Assembly (NCBI GenBank): GCA_048940645.1
Contig: JBHLOI010000032.1
Coordinates: 1 to 41,915, forward strand
From: Promethearchaeota archaeon
Lineage (GTDB): Archaea; Asgardarchaeota; Lokiarchaeia; Sigyniarchaeales; SOKP01
Direction of reading: 5' to 3'
DNA: 41,915 nt
The first letter of the stretch is position 1; the number at the start of each line of letters is the position of its first letter. Shown here piece after piece: positions 29,549-39,871 of the stretch. A program made the translations under genes and the position numbers. Under the pieces are notes generated by a model, which worked only from the letters and a program-made list of their open reading frames with translations, was not told where the DNA came from and did no database searches.

Positions 29549-30625
29549 TTATGTAAATTTAAATTTTTGAATAAAACTTTCCATATCCTCTTTAACTGGA
29601 GCTGTTTGTTTTGTAATTTTATAGATAGCAGTAAAAGTAGCATATTTTGTACATTTTTGCAGGATTTCCTTCAATTTTGATGAATTATTCGATGTGGTTA
29701 AATCTTCTAATGCCTTTTTATTTTCTACTAATTCATATAGTTTAGATAAAAATCCTGCAGCATAGCAATCTCCAGCCCCTGTTCTATCGATAATTGCAGA
29801 AACTTCTATACCTGGAAAAGCAATAGTAAAATAATCTGTTTTTACATAAGATCCATCCTTCCCTGCAGTGTATATTCTAATTTTAGCGAATTTTTCAAAA
29901 TTTTGATCAATTTCATCTATGGGGAGTTTATTATCTAGAATTAAATAAGCATCTCTTAAATTTAAGAAGAAAATGTCCTGTTTCTCTTGAATTAGCTCTG
30001 TTAATTGCTCAAGTTTTTGAATTTTTTGTGTTTCAATATTAAATGCGGTTATTAGTCCTATTTTGGAGGCTTTTTTAAATAAATTTATGAATTTAGATGC
30101 AATAGGCGTTGAAAATATTATTTTGCCATCTTTAAAAGCAGTATCATCAATAGAAATTCCCTCAAAATTCATTTTGTTCTTTAAATTTGGAGCTAAGTGA
30201 ATTTTAGTAGTAAAATTCGATTTGATTATTGTGCTTACGGGGGTAATTTCATCGATCTGAAATATATAGCGTGTATCAATTCCTTGGTCATTCAATTCAG
30301 AAATCATCCATTCACTTCCTCTCCCAATAACAGAGATTAACCTTGTAGGTACTCCAAGTTTTATTAAGTACTCAGATGAGTTATTACCATTACCTCCGCG
30401 TTTGAAAAAACAATTTCCTACAATTTTTTTTGAAGTTTCTGAAAAACCTCTCTTTACAATTTTTTCTAAAACTTTTGTATTTAAATCATCTGGATTATAT
30501 TTAGTAAAACTCAATAAATTAGCTACAATTTTCTCTACTAATTGTTCATAAAAGGCACTTTCATAATACAAATCTTGATGTAATTCTCCTAAAACAATCA
30601 AATTTTTCTTTGCTATAATTATCAC
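29549..30625 (-). CDS. PfkB family carbohydrate kinase
   Basis: GGNGNN, TAGKDG, DRTGAGDCYAAGF. Confidence 0.9.
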   Translation of the reverse strand: MIIIAKKNLIVLGELHQDLYYESAFYEQLVEKIVANLLSFTKYNPDDLNTKVLEKIVKRGFSETSKKIVGNCFFKRGGNGNNSSEYLIKLGVPTRLISVIGRGSEWMISELNDQGIDTRYIFQIDEITPVSTIIKSNFTTKIHLAPNLKNKMNFEGISIDDTAFKDGKIIFSTPIASKFINLFKKASKIGLITAFNIETQKIQKLEQLTELIQEKQDIFFLNLRDAYLILDNKLPIDEIDQNFEKFAKIRIYTAGKDGSYVKTDYFTIAFPGIEVSAIIDRTGAGDCYAAGFLSKLYELVENKKALEDLTTSNNSSKLKEILQKCTKYATFTAIYKITKQTAPVKEDMESFIQKFKFT

Positions 30626-30645
30626 CCTATCATTAAAATAAATTT

Positions 30646-30662
30646 ACGCAGATGGAGGAACT
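30646..30662 (-). repeat. duplicated tRNA-Ser 3' end (att-like direct repeat)
   Basis: ACGCAGATGGAGG is identical to 32802-32814 (16/17 nt to 32818); both copies are preceded by TAAAATAA. Confidence 0.75.
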
Positions 30663-30836
30663 AGCAGTTAAAATATATATCTCGTATATACGAAATTTGA
30701 ATTTTTTACCCTAAGGGTAAATAAATCCTTTACTCTCCGAACCTGCTTAATCTATTAATCTAAAGCCTCTCATAGCCTCTAGTTGATTAAGTAAAAGAAT
30801 TCATTTTGATAATTAAATAATTTCTATTTATGAAAA

Positions 30837-31109
30837 ATGTTTGTTAAAATGGATAGAAGAGTTAAAAATTTATTGAAAGATTGGAAGGATTACGGTCAAA
30901 AAGCTATGGAAAGTTGGAAATATTATTTAATACTTAAATGTGAATATTATCCCACACCTGAATGCTATACTTTTTTGGAATCTGCCAAAGAAAATCTGTA
31001 TAAACATCATTTTTAGGAGAAATCCTTAGAAGGAGAAAATTATAAAATAAGTTGGCTTAAAACAATTTTACAAGAATTAAAGAGAATTTATTTGATGCTT
31101 CCTCTTTAG
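30837..31109 (+). pseudogene. interrupted hypothetical ORF
   Basis: ATG 30837, 59 codons, TAG 31014-31016, then 30 more open codons to TAG 31107-31109. Confidence 0.4.
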
Positions 31110-31248
31110 ATTTTAAATGTTCTATCATATCGTGAGTTAGTAAAATAAACTAAATAAATAACTTAGTTGATAATTATTATTATAAGTGCTTCAGAAAAAA
31201 ATCATTGTCAAATTATAATTCAAAGTTCATTCTTTGGAGGTATTATTA

Positions 31249-32457
31249 ATGAAAAGGGAAGATTATGTTATTTTTTCAGAAGGGAAAATTGGTAAACTCA
31301 ATTTAATAAATCGATTGGTTCGTTCTTCAACTTGGGATCCTTCTATCCTATCTATCAGACAGATGACTGATGAAGTACTCAACCTTTATAGGAATCTTGC
31401 TCTTGGTGGAATTGGATTAATTATTACTGGTGGTTTTCCTGTTTTTAGAGAAAGAACTTCTAGAGACTCACCAGGTGAATGGTTATTATCATTCTCTTCT
31501 CTTCGTGTTAAAGATTTAGAAAGAATGATTCAAGTAGTACATGATGCAAACTCAAAATGTAAAATTGTAGCACAACTAGAAAATGGAAACATAAGTGCAA
31601 GACCTTCAGATATTGAATCACCTTTCTCAAAACGTAAGCTGAGGATATTAAATCAAGAGGAGATTTCTGACATAATTGATAGTTTTGTAGAAGCTATTAT
31701 AGATGTGAAAGAAACTGGTTTTGATGGCGTACAACTTCATGCAGCACATGGTGGTTTGTTGAGTCGTTTTCTTTCATCTTATTCAAATCGAAGAGAAGAC
31801 TTATATGGAGGTACAGTATCAAAGCGTGTGAGAATTATCAAAGAAATTGTTTCAATTGCAAGGATCTCTGTAGGTGATTTTCCTATTCTTATCAAAATGA
31901 ACTGTACCGATTATATGAAAGGTGGGACAGATATTAATACTTTTCCCAGCTTAGCAAAGGAGATTGAGAATACTGGAGTTAATGCGATTGAGATAAGTGG
32001 GGGAATGTGGGACTGTCTTATTAGGAGCCAAGAAGAACTTGGATTTAGACCTGTTCCTACACCTGAATCGCATACACGTATTCGAAGTCCTGAAAAGCAA
32101 AGTTATTTTCTAAAATATGCGGAAAAACTGAATCTATCCATACCAATCATCTTAGTTGGTGGTAACAGACATATCGAGAGGTTAGAGTCAATAATTAAAC
32201 AGGGTAAAGTAGATTTTATTGCAATATCACGACCTTTAATCAGTGAACCAGATTTACCTAATCGTTGGCTTGAAGGTAGGGGAGGTAATGCAACAGAGTG
32301 TATTTCTTGTAACTCTTGTATTTACAACATGTATGTACATCCTGGAAAGCCTAAACCTGGATTAGTTACTTGTGTTTACAAAGAAGATAAAGAAATTCAT
32401 AAATTAGCACAGAAATGGCTCTCTTCTTGGGTAAATAAACATTCTTTATCGAAATAG
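31249..32457 (+). CDS. NADH:flavin oxidoreductase (Old Yellow Enzyme family)
   Basis: NRLVRS, GFDGVQLHAAHG, NRREDLYGG, SRPLISEPDL, CISCNSC; GGAGG upstream of ATG 31249. Confidence 0.92.
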   Translation: MKREDYVIFSEGKIGKLNLINRLVRSSTWDPSILSIRQMTDEVLNLYRNLALGGIGLIITGGFPVFRERTSRDSPGEWLLSFSSLRVKDLERMIQVVHDANSKCKIVAQLENGNISARPSDIESPFSKRKLRILNQEEISDIIDSFVEAIIDVKETGFDGVQLHAAHGGLLSRFLSSYSNRREDLYGGTVSKRVRIIKEIVSIARISVGDFPILIKMNCTDYMKGGTDINTFPSLAKEIENTGVNAIEISGGMWDCLIRSQEELGFRPVPTPESHTRIRSPEKQSYFLKYAEKLNLSIPIILVGGNRHIERLESIIKQGKVDFIAISRPLISEPDLPNRWLEGRGGNATECISCNSCIYNMYVHPGKPKPGLVTCVYKEDKEIHKLAQKWLSSWVNKHSLSK

Positions 32458-32802
32458 GATTTTTATTAGGCATTATTTATTGTTGATAAAAGGCTAAATA
32501 AATAAAACAGAAATCTATTGAGAATTTTCATTTAAATAGCAAGATTTACTCACATATCCTATTGTAGAAAGGATTTTAAAAAAGTACGACCAGGAAGAAA
32601 AGCGATTCTGGCCTGTCCTAAATGTGATTCAATTCTCTGTGGATGGTATGCCTAATTAAATCTACCGGGATCGCCTTTTTCTGATCCCTCTTTTTTTTTA
32701 TACTGATCAAATATACATGTTGTTTTCAACTGTTATTATTTTTGAAAATATAAAAGGTAAAAAAATAATGGGATCATATATACGAGGCATGTATAAAATA
32801 AA

Positions 32803-32903
32803 CGCAGATGGAGGGACTCGAACCCTCGTGCGCTTACACGCACCGGCTTTCTTGGTAATTTAACCACTCGAGGCCGGCGTCTTACCAGCTAGGCTACATC
32901 TGC
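32803..32903 (-). tRNA. tRNA-Ser(CGA) with 18-nt intron (32849-32866)
   Basis: Acceptor stem GCAGATG/CATCTGC, discriminator G, anticodon stem CCGGC/GCCGG with loop CT-CGA-G^A, long variable arm, TTCGAGT T-loop; CCA not encoded. Confidence 0.93.
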
Positions 32904-33070
32904 TTAATTAAATTATATAGTTAATTGAATAAGTTTTAGTTATTATATCTATTAAGAACTAATGAGAAAAACTTTAAAATTTTTTCCAATATGGATTATT
33001 TTAGAGTAAATAGAAGAAATTTAATATCTATTAAGCTAACTTTAAGAAAAAGTATTAAAAACAACAAAAT

Positions 33071-33370
33071 TTAAGATTTTGGAACATAAATTTTCAATTT
33101 TAAAGAAGGATCGTATAATTCTATTAAACCTTCCTCTTGATATTGCTTCAACAGCAACTTAGCTGTAGATAATCTAATATCATACTTTAATGCTATATCT
33201 GAAGCTAAAATTGTCTTTTTTTTTGTAATTGATTTCCTTATTTCTTTTTCTAATGAGCTAGGTATGAATGCATCTCTCTCTAGAATATCAATTTGCTTAG
33301 TCCTTCCGTATTTTCTTCTTAAATTTAAGGTACTCTTTCTTACAAGTGTTTTTTCTTCTTTTTCAGACAA
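33071..33370 (-). CDS. rps25e: 30S ribosomal protein eS25 (S25e)
   Basis: Basic 99 aa protein with winged helix: ILASDIALKYDIRLSTAKLLLKQYQEEGLI...KIY. Confidence 0.8.
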   Translation of the reverse strand: MSEKEEKTLVRKSTLNLRRKYGRTKQIDILERDAFIPSSLEKEIRKSITKKKTILASDIALKYDIRLSTAKLLLKQYQEEGLIELYDPSLKLKIYVPKS

Positions 33371-33500
33371 TTCTTACCACGCGCTATAAATAAAAAGCTG
33401 ATTAGGATATGAAATATTTAAAATTTAATAAAATTTTTGTTTTAATATTGAAACCTTGTATTTTTGATATCAATATGATATTTCGCGGAGTTATTTAAAT

Positions 33501-34133
33501 TTGAATGATAAATTTTATTTTAACATAAAAAAAAAACGACCTGAAGAATTTTTTGAGGATGTTAAGGATTATTACAATTCAGAAAACATTAGAAATTATG
33601 CAAAATCTAAAAATATGATGAGAATCCAAGAGAAAATAACAATAAGGGCTTTGGAATTATTAGAAATAGGAGCATCAAGAATTAGAATTTTAGATGCAGG
33701 GTGTGGTCCTGGATTCGTTGCATTATATTTAAAAGAATTGGGTTTTGATATAGTAGCCCTTGATATTATTTTAGAGTTTTTAAAATTCTACAATCTTAAT
33801 GAAGTTAATCCTATAGCAGCAGACATGTCCTATCTTCCTTTTAAATCCAATAGTTTCGATGCGATCATTTCAATATCTGCATTACAGTGGATTTTTCGAG
33901 ATATTAATAATAGAAAAATGGAAGATTTGTTAATTAAACTTACCAAATCGTTTTATAAAGCTTTAAAAAATAATTGTAAAGCAGTTTTTCAATTTTATCC
34001 GAAAAATACTAAAATAATGGAAAAAGTCGGAAATATTTTTAGAGATAACACCAATTTTAAGGGCAATTTTATAATTGATAATCCAAATAATCCAAAAAAA
34101 AGAAAAGTTTTTCTTTTATTAAAAAAAACATAA
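33501..34133 (+). CDS. class I SAM methyltransferase, Bud23/WBSCR22-like
   Basis: ILDAGCGPG motif I plus Bud23-type blocks RPEE, IQ.K.T.RALELL, FDAIISISALQW, QFYPKN, ID.P...K.K..L.L. Confidence 0.8.
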   Translation: MNDKFYFNIKKKRPEEFFEDVKDYYNSENIRNYAKSKNMMRIQEKITIRALELLEIGASRIRILDAGCGPGFVALYLKELGFDIVALDIILEFLKFYNLNEVNPIAADMSYLPFKSNSFDAIISISALQWIFRDINNRKMEDLLIKLTKSFYKALKNNCKAVFQFYPKNTKIMEKVGNIFRDNTNFKGNFIIDNPNNPKKRKVFLLLKKT

Positions 34134-34400
34134 AGAACAATATGATGTTTATATTTAAAATGATTATTAATGACTCACAGAAAAGATATGTCTTTTTCTA
34201 AAATTAAATCATATTGAATTTGAGTTTTAGAAATATTATAATTTCTCTATTATCTGATAATAGACTATTTTCTTTTTATTAGTATTTAAATATTCCATCT
34301 TTCACTATGAGGTTACACTCATTTCCAAAAATTTTTATTGGAAAATAAAAAATGTGAAAATTTGTCTTAAAAATTTACTAAAAAAGAGGAAAAACAAAAT

Positions 34401-37400
34401 ATGAACAGAAAAAAAAAAATAACAAGAATACTTTCACTAACAGCAATATTTATCTCGATTATTTTTGGGAGTATATATTTCAACTTTAATCCCTTTCCTT
34501 TTGATTTCAGTTCTAATGGAGATAATAGCACTTTAGTAAATCCAAAATCAAGTATTGCCGGTGAACATCCATGGTGGAATTCTGATTGGCCTTATAGAAC
34601 ATTAATAAATATTACAAATCAAGCAGGTGTTGATTTAGATAATTATGGAGTTAGCGTTGTTCTACCTTATGGAGATATTGAATATCAGGGAAAAGTAAAT
34701 GATACATTAAAAGATATAAGAATTATTGAATACTTAAACAATGAGCCTATTGAGAGAGAATTCTATATTTTTCAAGATTTTGATGGTCAAGATTATTCAG
34801 CAGGGGATGCAACAATTTATTTCAATGTAAATCTTACTGCTTCCAGCAATCCTGATATTGACACATATATCTATTATGGAAATATGGGTGTTGAAAGTAC
34901 GGCAGCAGAATATGGACTTGGATTAATAAAAAATGGAAATTTTGAATATGTTCCGAGTGGAGATGACCCTACTGGAAATCCTTCTATTGCACCACACTAT
35001 TATAATCCTGTAGGTTGGAATTGGTCTGATGATGTACCTGACGATATTGCTCCAAGATTACCTGAAGTAGGAGAGGACTCGCAAACAGAAGATCAAGCCA
35101 CTGAATGGTGGCAAAATTGTTTAATAGACTTTCCAATAGGTGATGTACAAGTGAGAGGAACATATACATATAAATGGGGCTCGAATCAAACTTCCATAAC
35201 TGACAGTGTGGGTAATGACGATCAATATGGTGGAGTTTTATACACAAATCCATTTGTAGTACCAATTGTAAATGATGGTAGCGGGAATATAAATCTAAGA
35301 ATTTGGCAAAATGTTAGAATCTGGGGCTTTGATGGCAGTTCGTCTAAATCCTGGAACGATGGATATTTTGTTCGTGTAATAAATGCTTCAAATAATATAT
35401 TTGTTGATCCTGACCAACATCAACAAATTGGTGAGTATTTAGAGTACTTTAAGGGAATTACTCATAATAACAAAGGTGGATATTCATTACAAAATTACAC
35501 AATTGGTACAATAACTGGAACTTTTGATACGTCAATAGGAGATTTAACAGGCTTTGTGACTTTCGATCTAAGTAATTACATGGGTCAAACAATTTCTTTA
35601 GAATTAGGAATGTATGGAGATGAAAATACTGCAGGGAATTATGATACTGGTTTTGTTCAAGTAGATGATGTTGCATTTACTTATGATGATGATATAACAG
35701 TCGTAATAAACGAGATTCAGATTCAGAAGTCAGATATTACAGTTATCACACGTGATATTGATGGCATGATAGTTCCAAATGCCGTTGTTTCTCTAATCCA
35801 AGGTACAACACTTATAAAACAACAAACCACTGATGAAACAGGTAAAACCATCTTTACAGGTTTAAATTTTGGCATATATAATTTTACTGTAGATTATGCT
35901 TTTACTCCAAGTTATGAAGATGAGGTTTTTAATAGTACAAAGGATAATTTTGGGAAACCAAATTGGAATTTATATAATGTATCTCAACTATCTCATGCAT
36001 TTGATTTATACTTAGATATATGGACAATAGATTTTGAAATAGTAGATTGGGATAATGAACTTCTTGATGACGGATATGTTAAAATCTTTGATGATAAGGG
36101 TGGTATCCTTTTAGACCAGATAACCTTATCTGATGGAACAGCAAGATTTCGGTGGAATAACGCATCATTCTATTACTATGAAGTATATTTCTTTAACACA
36201 AGGTATAATGTTAATGACTTTCTTCTAAATTCAAGCTATATTTACCGATCTGACTATGTTCAAAATGAAAAGTATTATGATCACACTTTACCTCTAAATG
36301 TTTATGATCAAGATCCTGGAAATTATTATAGAGTTTATGAACGTATTTACACAGGAGGCTCAATGACTGACTTTAGTAATAAAAAATTGGTAAATTTCAA
36401 TGTAACGCTAGAAAATATGAATGATCGAATTGATAATATGACAATCTATTATATAGATAAGAATAATCAAACCGTTGGAAATATTATTTATCAGAATCTT
36501 ACTATGTCAGGTACTTATTTCTTTAACTCCATTGATATTGGAATTCTAGATCATGATAAATTAAAAGGAGAAAATTATGAGGTATATGGCCTTCTAATTG
36601 ATGTTCAAGGGTATCGAGTTGGTGCTCATACAGGCCAGATCAAAATTAATACGGAAGAATTGATTAATGTTTACAATAAAACAGCTCTTTCTAAAATAAA
36701 TATTAGAGTAATTGATGATGCAGATTCATATAATCCTGTTCCTTTTGTTAGTGTCAAAATCTGGAATGGTACGACTGAAATTACAACATTGACTACGTAT
36801 GATGATGGTTGGGCTTCTCACAGTGATGAGACATATGAACCATTTATCTTCCTAATTGGGTTTAGCTATAATATAACTCTCAGAAGAATAGGTGTTTCAG
36901 CTGATTTCAAACTAAATAACACAATTCCAAAGCAATGGGAACCTTCTGGAACAGTAGCTATATATAACTATACATTAAATCAGGATTCTTCAGTTATTCT
37001 TGATTATGAAGCCGCTCCACCTCCTCCTACTCTAGAAACTCAAATTGAGTTGATTGCTGATATTTCTCAGGCAATTTGGGGTGTTGGTAGCCTACATATT
37101 ACAATAAATGTTTCATATACAACAGATGGTAATACATGGAATCTAGTCCCTGATGAGGGTACTTTTTTTTGTTATATAGAAGATTGGGATAGTGGTAAAA
37201 CTATATTAATAATAGAAATGACAGCAAATTATCAAGGGAGTGATTTAAAAAATTATTCACTTACACTTGATTCGAATACATTGTCTGCTGGAAATATTTA
37301 CAAGAAATATTGGTTTATCATTGATGGTGGAGTACCTGGATACGCACCTCCAGAGCCTTATTATCAGCAAGTACAGGTTAATGCTATCTCAACATTCCTA

Positions 37401-38720
37401 AGCTTATATGATTATGATACACGTCTAATTATATCGGAATATGGAAAAGAATTTGGTGAAACTATTAATATTACAGTTAAATATTTTACTGCTCCAGATA
37501 ATCCAATAGGAGAGGCTATTATCACATTTGACTGGTTAAATCAACCCACGCAATATTTTATTGCAGATCCTATTAATATTGGATTTTATTACTGTACAAT
37601 TGACACAACCTCAGCTATGAACGTAGGTAAATACCCGATCATCATTTCCGCATCGAAGGAAAATTATTCAACACAAATAAGCCCATCTGGAACTTATTTC
37701 GATGTTCTAGAAAGACCAACGACTATTAACGGAACGAGTGATTGGGCATATTCTACAATAAAAATATGGGTTGAGGATGCTGTAAACTTCACGTATTCAT
37801 ATGCAGATTCGATCAAATTTGGAGAGATCATCGGGGATTTAGATGTTAGTGTTTATACATGGCAAAAATTATATTCGAATGGGACTATAATTCCTGGAGT
37901 TGATGGCTCTGGAGTTTTAATTCAAAAATATGACAAGACTTATTCGTTAGATTTTAATACTGAAACAAAAAATGTTGGATTTTATACTATATATGTAAAT
38001 CTTAAAAAAGGCAATTACGAAGCTAGGGCAGCCCACATTAATTTAGAAATAAAATTAAGGGATTTTTATGCCAATTGGGATGCAACTGGAAAAGAAGGAA
38101 ATCAAATAAGTGTTGTTCAGGGAAATAATATATTTATAGAAATCAATTTAACCGATCAAACGAGGAATAACATCCCTTTAGAAGATGCCTCAGTTATATT
38201 AATGGTAAGAGGTGTTGAATATCGTTTTAACAACATCACTTCAGGTTATTATACATTAACATTCAACACAGAAAATTTTGATGCCTTTTTTGCCGCAGAG
38301 ACCTTTCCTGGTCAAATTATCATCCAAAAAGATAATTTCACGACTCAAGAGCTAAATCTAATTTTCAACATAAAAATGGTAGAAATATTTCCAGGTATGC
38401 CAACTTTTTACTTTATACTAATAACAGCCTCAATTGCCGGCATACTGATAGCTGTGATTTCTTATAGAGTCATTCAGCAAGCTAGAATTCCAAAATTCAT
38501 CAAAAAGATTAGAAAAGTTAAAGGATATATTAAAACAAAAAAAGCAGTAACAGAATCACTTTCTATACCTTCTAAGGAGAAAATGTTAATAAAATTATTT
38601 GGAGAGGATTGGAAAGAAATAGGACTTTCTCTTGACGACGTATTAGGCGTAGAAGCTTTAAAATCAAGAACATTTCAATTAAAAAACAAACTTACAAAGA
38701 AAGGAGGGGAAACTGAATAA
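34401..38720 (+). CDS. large membrane-anchored surface glycoprotein (DUF2341-like N-terminal domain, beta-sandwich repeats)
   Basis: N-terminal signal/TM segment; WWNSDWPYRTLINI...YIYYGN; many NxS/T sequons; C-terminal TM and a ~80 aa basic cytoplasmic tail. Confidence 0.85.
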   Translation: MNRKKKITRILSLTAIFISIIFGSIYFNFNPFPFDFSSNGDNSTLVNPKSSIAGEHPWWNSDWPYRTLINITNQAGVDLDNYGVSVVLPYGDIEYQGKVNDTLKDIRIIEYLNNEPIEREFYIFQDFDGQDYSAGDATIYFNVNLTASSNPDIDTYIYYGNMGVESTAAEYGLGLIKNGNFEYVPSGDDPTGNPSIAPHYYNPVGWNWSDDVPDDIAPRLPEVGEDSQTEDQATEWWQNCLIDFPIGDVQVRGTYTYKWGSNQTSITDSVGNDDQYGGVLYTNPFVVPIVNDGSGNINLRIWQNVRIWGFDGSSSKSWNDGYFVRVINASNNIFVDPDQHQQIGEYLEYFKGITHNNKGGYSLQNYTIGTITGTFDTSIGDLTGFVTFDLSNYMGQTISLELGMYGDENTAGNYDTGFVQVDDVAFTYDDDITVVINEIQIQKSDITVITRDIDGMIVPNAVVSLIQGTTLIKQQTTDETGKTIFTGLNFGIYNFTVDYAFTPSYEDEVFNSTKDNFGKPNWNLYNVSQLSHAFDLYLDIWTIDFEIVDWDNELLDDGYVKIFDDKGGILLDQITLSDGTARFRWNNASFYYYEVYFFNTRYNVNDFLLNSSYIYRSDYVQNEKYYDHTLPLNVYDQDPGNYYRVYERIYTGGSMTDFSNKKLVNFNVTLENMNDRIDNMTIYYIDKNNQTVGNIIYQNLTMSGTYFFNSIDIGILDHDKLKGENYEVYGLLIDVQGYRVGAHTGQIKINTEELINVYNKTALSKINIRVIDDADSYNPVPFVSVKIWNGTTEITTLTTYDDGWASHSDETYEPFIFLIGFSYNITLRRIGVSADFKLNNTIPKQWEPSGTVAIYNYTLNQDSSVILDYEAAPPPPTLETQIELIADISQAIWGVGSLHITINVSYTTDGNTWNLVPDEGTFFCYIEDWDSGKTILIIEMTANYQGSDLKNYSLTLDSNTLSAGNIYKKYWFIIDGGVPGYAPPEPYYQQVQVNAISTFLSLYDYDTRLIISEYGKEFGETINITVKYFTAPDNPIGEAIITFDWLNQPTQYFIADPINIGFYYCTIDTTSAMNVGKYPIIISASKENYSTQISPSGTYFDVLERPTTINGTSDWAYSTIKIWVEDAVNFTYSYADSIKFGEIIGDLDVSVYTWQKLYSNGTIIPGVDGSGVLIQKYDKTYSLDFNTETKNVGFYTIYVNLKKGNYEARAAHINLEIKLRDFYANWDATGKEGNQISVVQGNNIFIEINLTDQTRNNIPLEDASVILMVRGVEYRFNNITSGYYTLTFNTENFDAFFAAETFPGQIIIQKDNFTTQELNLIFNIKMVEIFPGMPTFYFILITASIAGILIAVISYRVIQQARIPKFIKKIRKVKGYIKTKKAVTESLSIPSKEKMLIKLFGEDWKEIGLSLDDVLGVEALKSRTFQLKNKLTKKGGETE

Positions 38721-39823
38721 TGCCAATCGGAATAATTATTATGAAATGGGATCCAAAAGTAGGAACTGACATAATAACGAAATATCCTGAAGAACTAATG
38801 GTTTCTGATGAAACATTGATGCAAATTTATGCTGCTCATGAATATACTGGCGAACCTGGAATGATAAGTTTACTAGTGGGACATTTAAACATAGCTTCTT
38901 TTTATACAGGGAAAGATAAGGCATTATATATTATTACAGTTTTATCTTTAGATGATGATCCAGATGCTTATGAAGGAGGTTTATCAGATATTTCAAGGAT
39001 TATTATTCAGAATTTTGAAGATAATGGATATTTAGGAATGATACCCTTTTTATTTCAGCGTTTATCAGCTTATCCAAATTTAAGCTCTGAGCAATCATTG
39101 GCGATGACATATCAAGATGAAGTAAATAGATTAATTATAAATCGATTAAGGGAAGAAGGTGTTGTTTCAAAATCAGAGTTAAAGGTATGGTTAAAAGATA
39201 AATACAGAAGAGGCTTCTTTGATTTAGATGCCACATTAAGTGAACTAATTAAAAAGGAAATAATTAAAGAAGCATCAGTTAAGGGAATGCCATCAGAATT
39301 AATCTTTTACATAAATGATCTATTTATGATTCGCAGGCCACCAGTTAAATTACTTCAAAATATTGAAGAAAGTGGACTTCCAGAAAAACTTATTAAAGAG
39401 TATAAAACAGAAATTAGGAGATTCTTCCAAGATTATCGTATTTCTGATACAGAGAATCTAAAGCTATTAGAAATCTTAATTGACCCCCAGGTATATGAAA
39501 TATTAAAACTCTTAAGATTTAAAATTGCATCTAGGAATGAATTGGAGAAACTAAGGAAAAAAGGAGTGGATGATATTGATGGAGGTTTGAAAAAATTATG
39601 GGAAAATAAGATGATTTATATTTTTCGAGATGATCATGATGTTGAATATTATTGTCTCTTAACTGACTTTCATATTTCAAAGGTATATCCAAAATTTATT
39701 CTGAATACTATCTTACAGCAATACGACGTTAAATCAAAATCAGAAGCAGTTTTAATTGAATATTTAAAGGTACTAGAAGATACTTATCGTCCTGCCAAAC
39801 TCCTAGTAGAATTAGATGAATAA
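38720..39823 (+). CDS. uDENN/longin-like domain protein with C-terminal winged-helix domains
   Basis: IIIMKWDPKVGTDIITKYP longin-type start; two wHTH-like segments (VVSKSELKVWL; IASRNELEKL); TAATG overlap with the upstream gene. Confidence 0.65.
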   Translation: MPIGIIIMKWDPKVGTDIITKYPEELMVSDETLMQIYAAHEYTGEPGMISLLVGHLNIASFYTGKDKALYIITVLSLDDDPDAYEGGLSDISRIIIQNFEDNGYLGMIPFLFQRLSAYPNLSSEQSLAMTYQDEVNRLIINRLREEGVVSKSELKVWLKDKYRRGFFDLDATLSELIKKEIIKEASVKGMPSELIFYINDLFMIRRPPVKLLQNIEESGLPEKLIKEYKTEIRRFFQDYRISDTENLKLLEILIDPQVYEILKLLRFKIASRNELEKLRKKGVDDIDGGLKKLWENKMIYIFRDDHDVEYYCLLTDFHISKVYPKFILNTILQQYDVKSKSEAVLIEYLKVLEDTYRPAKLLVELDE

Positions 39824-39871
39824 TTAACTTTTTAATTCTTTTATTTTTTAAAAAAATTTATTTTAAAAAAC

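Larger units (their letters stand above)
30646..32818. mobile_element. decayed tRNA-integrated genomic islet carrying an OYE gene
   Basis: Bounded by the tRNA 3'-end direct repeat; internal inverted repeat at both ends; gene fragments; no integrase seen. Confidence 0.6.
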
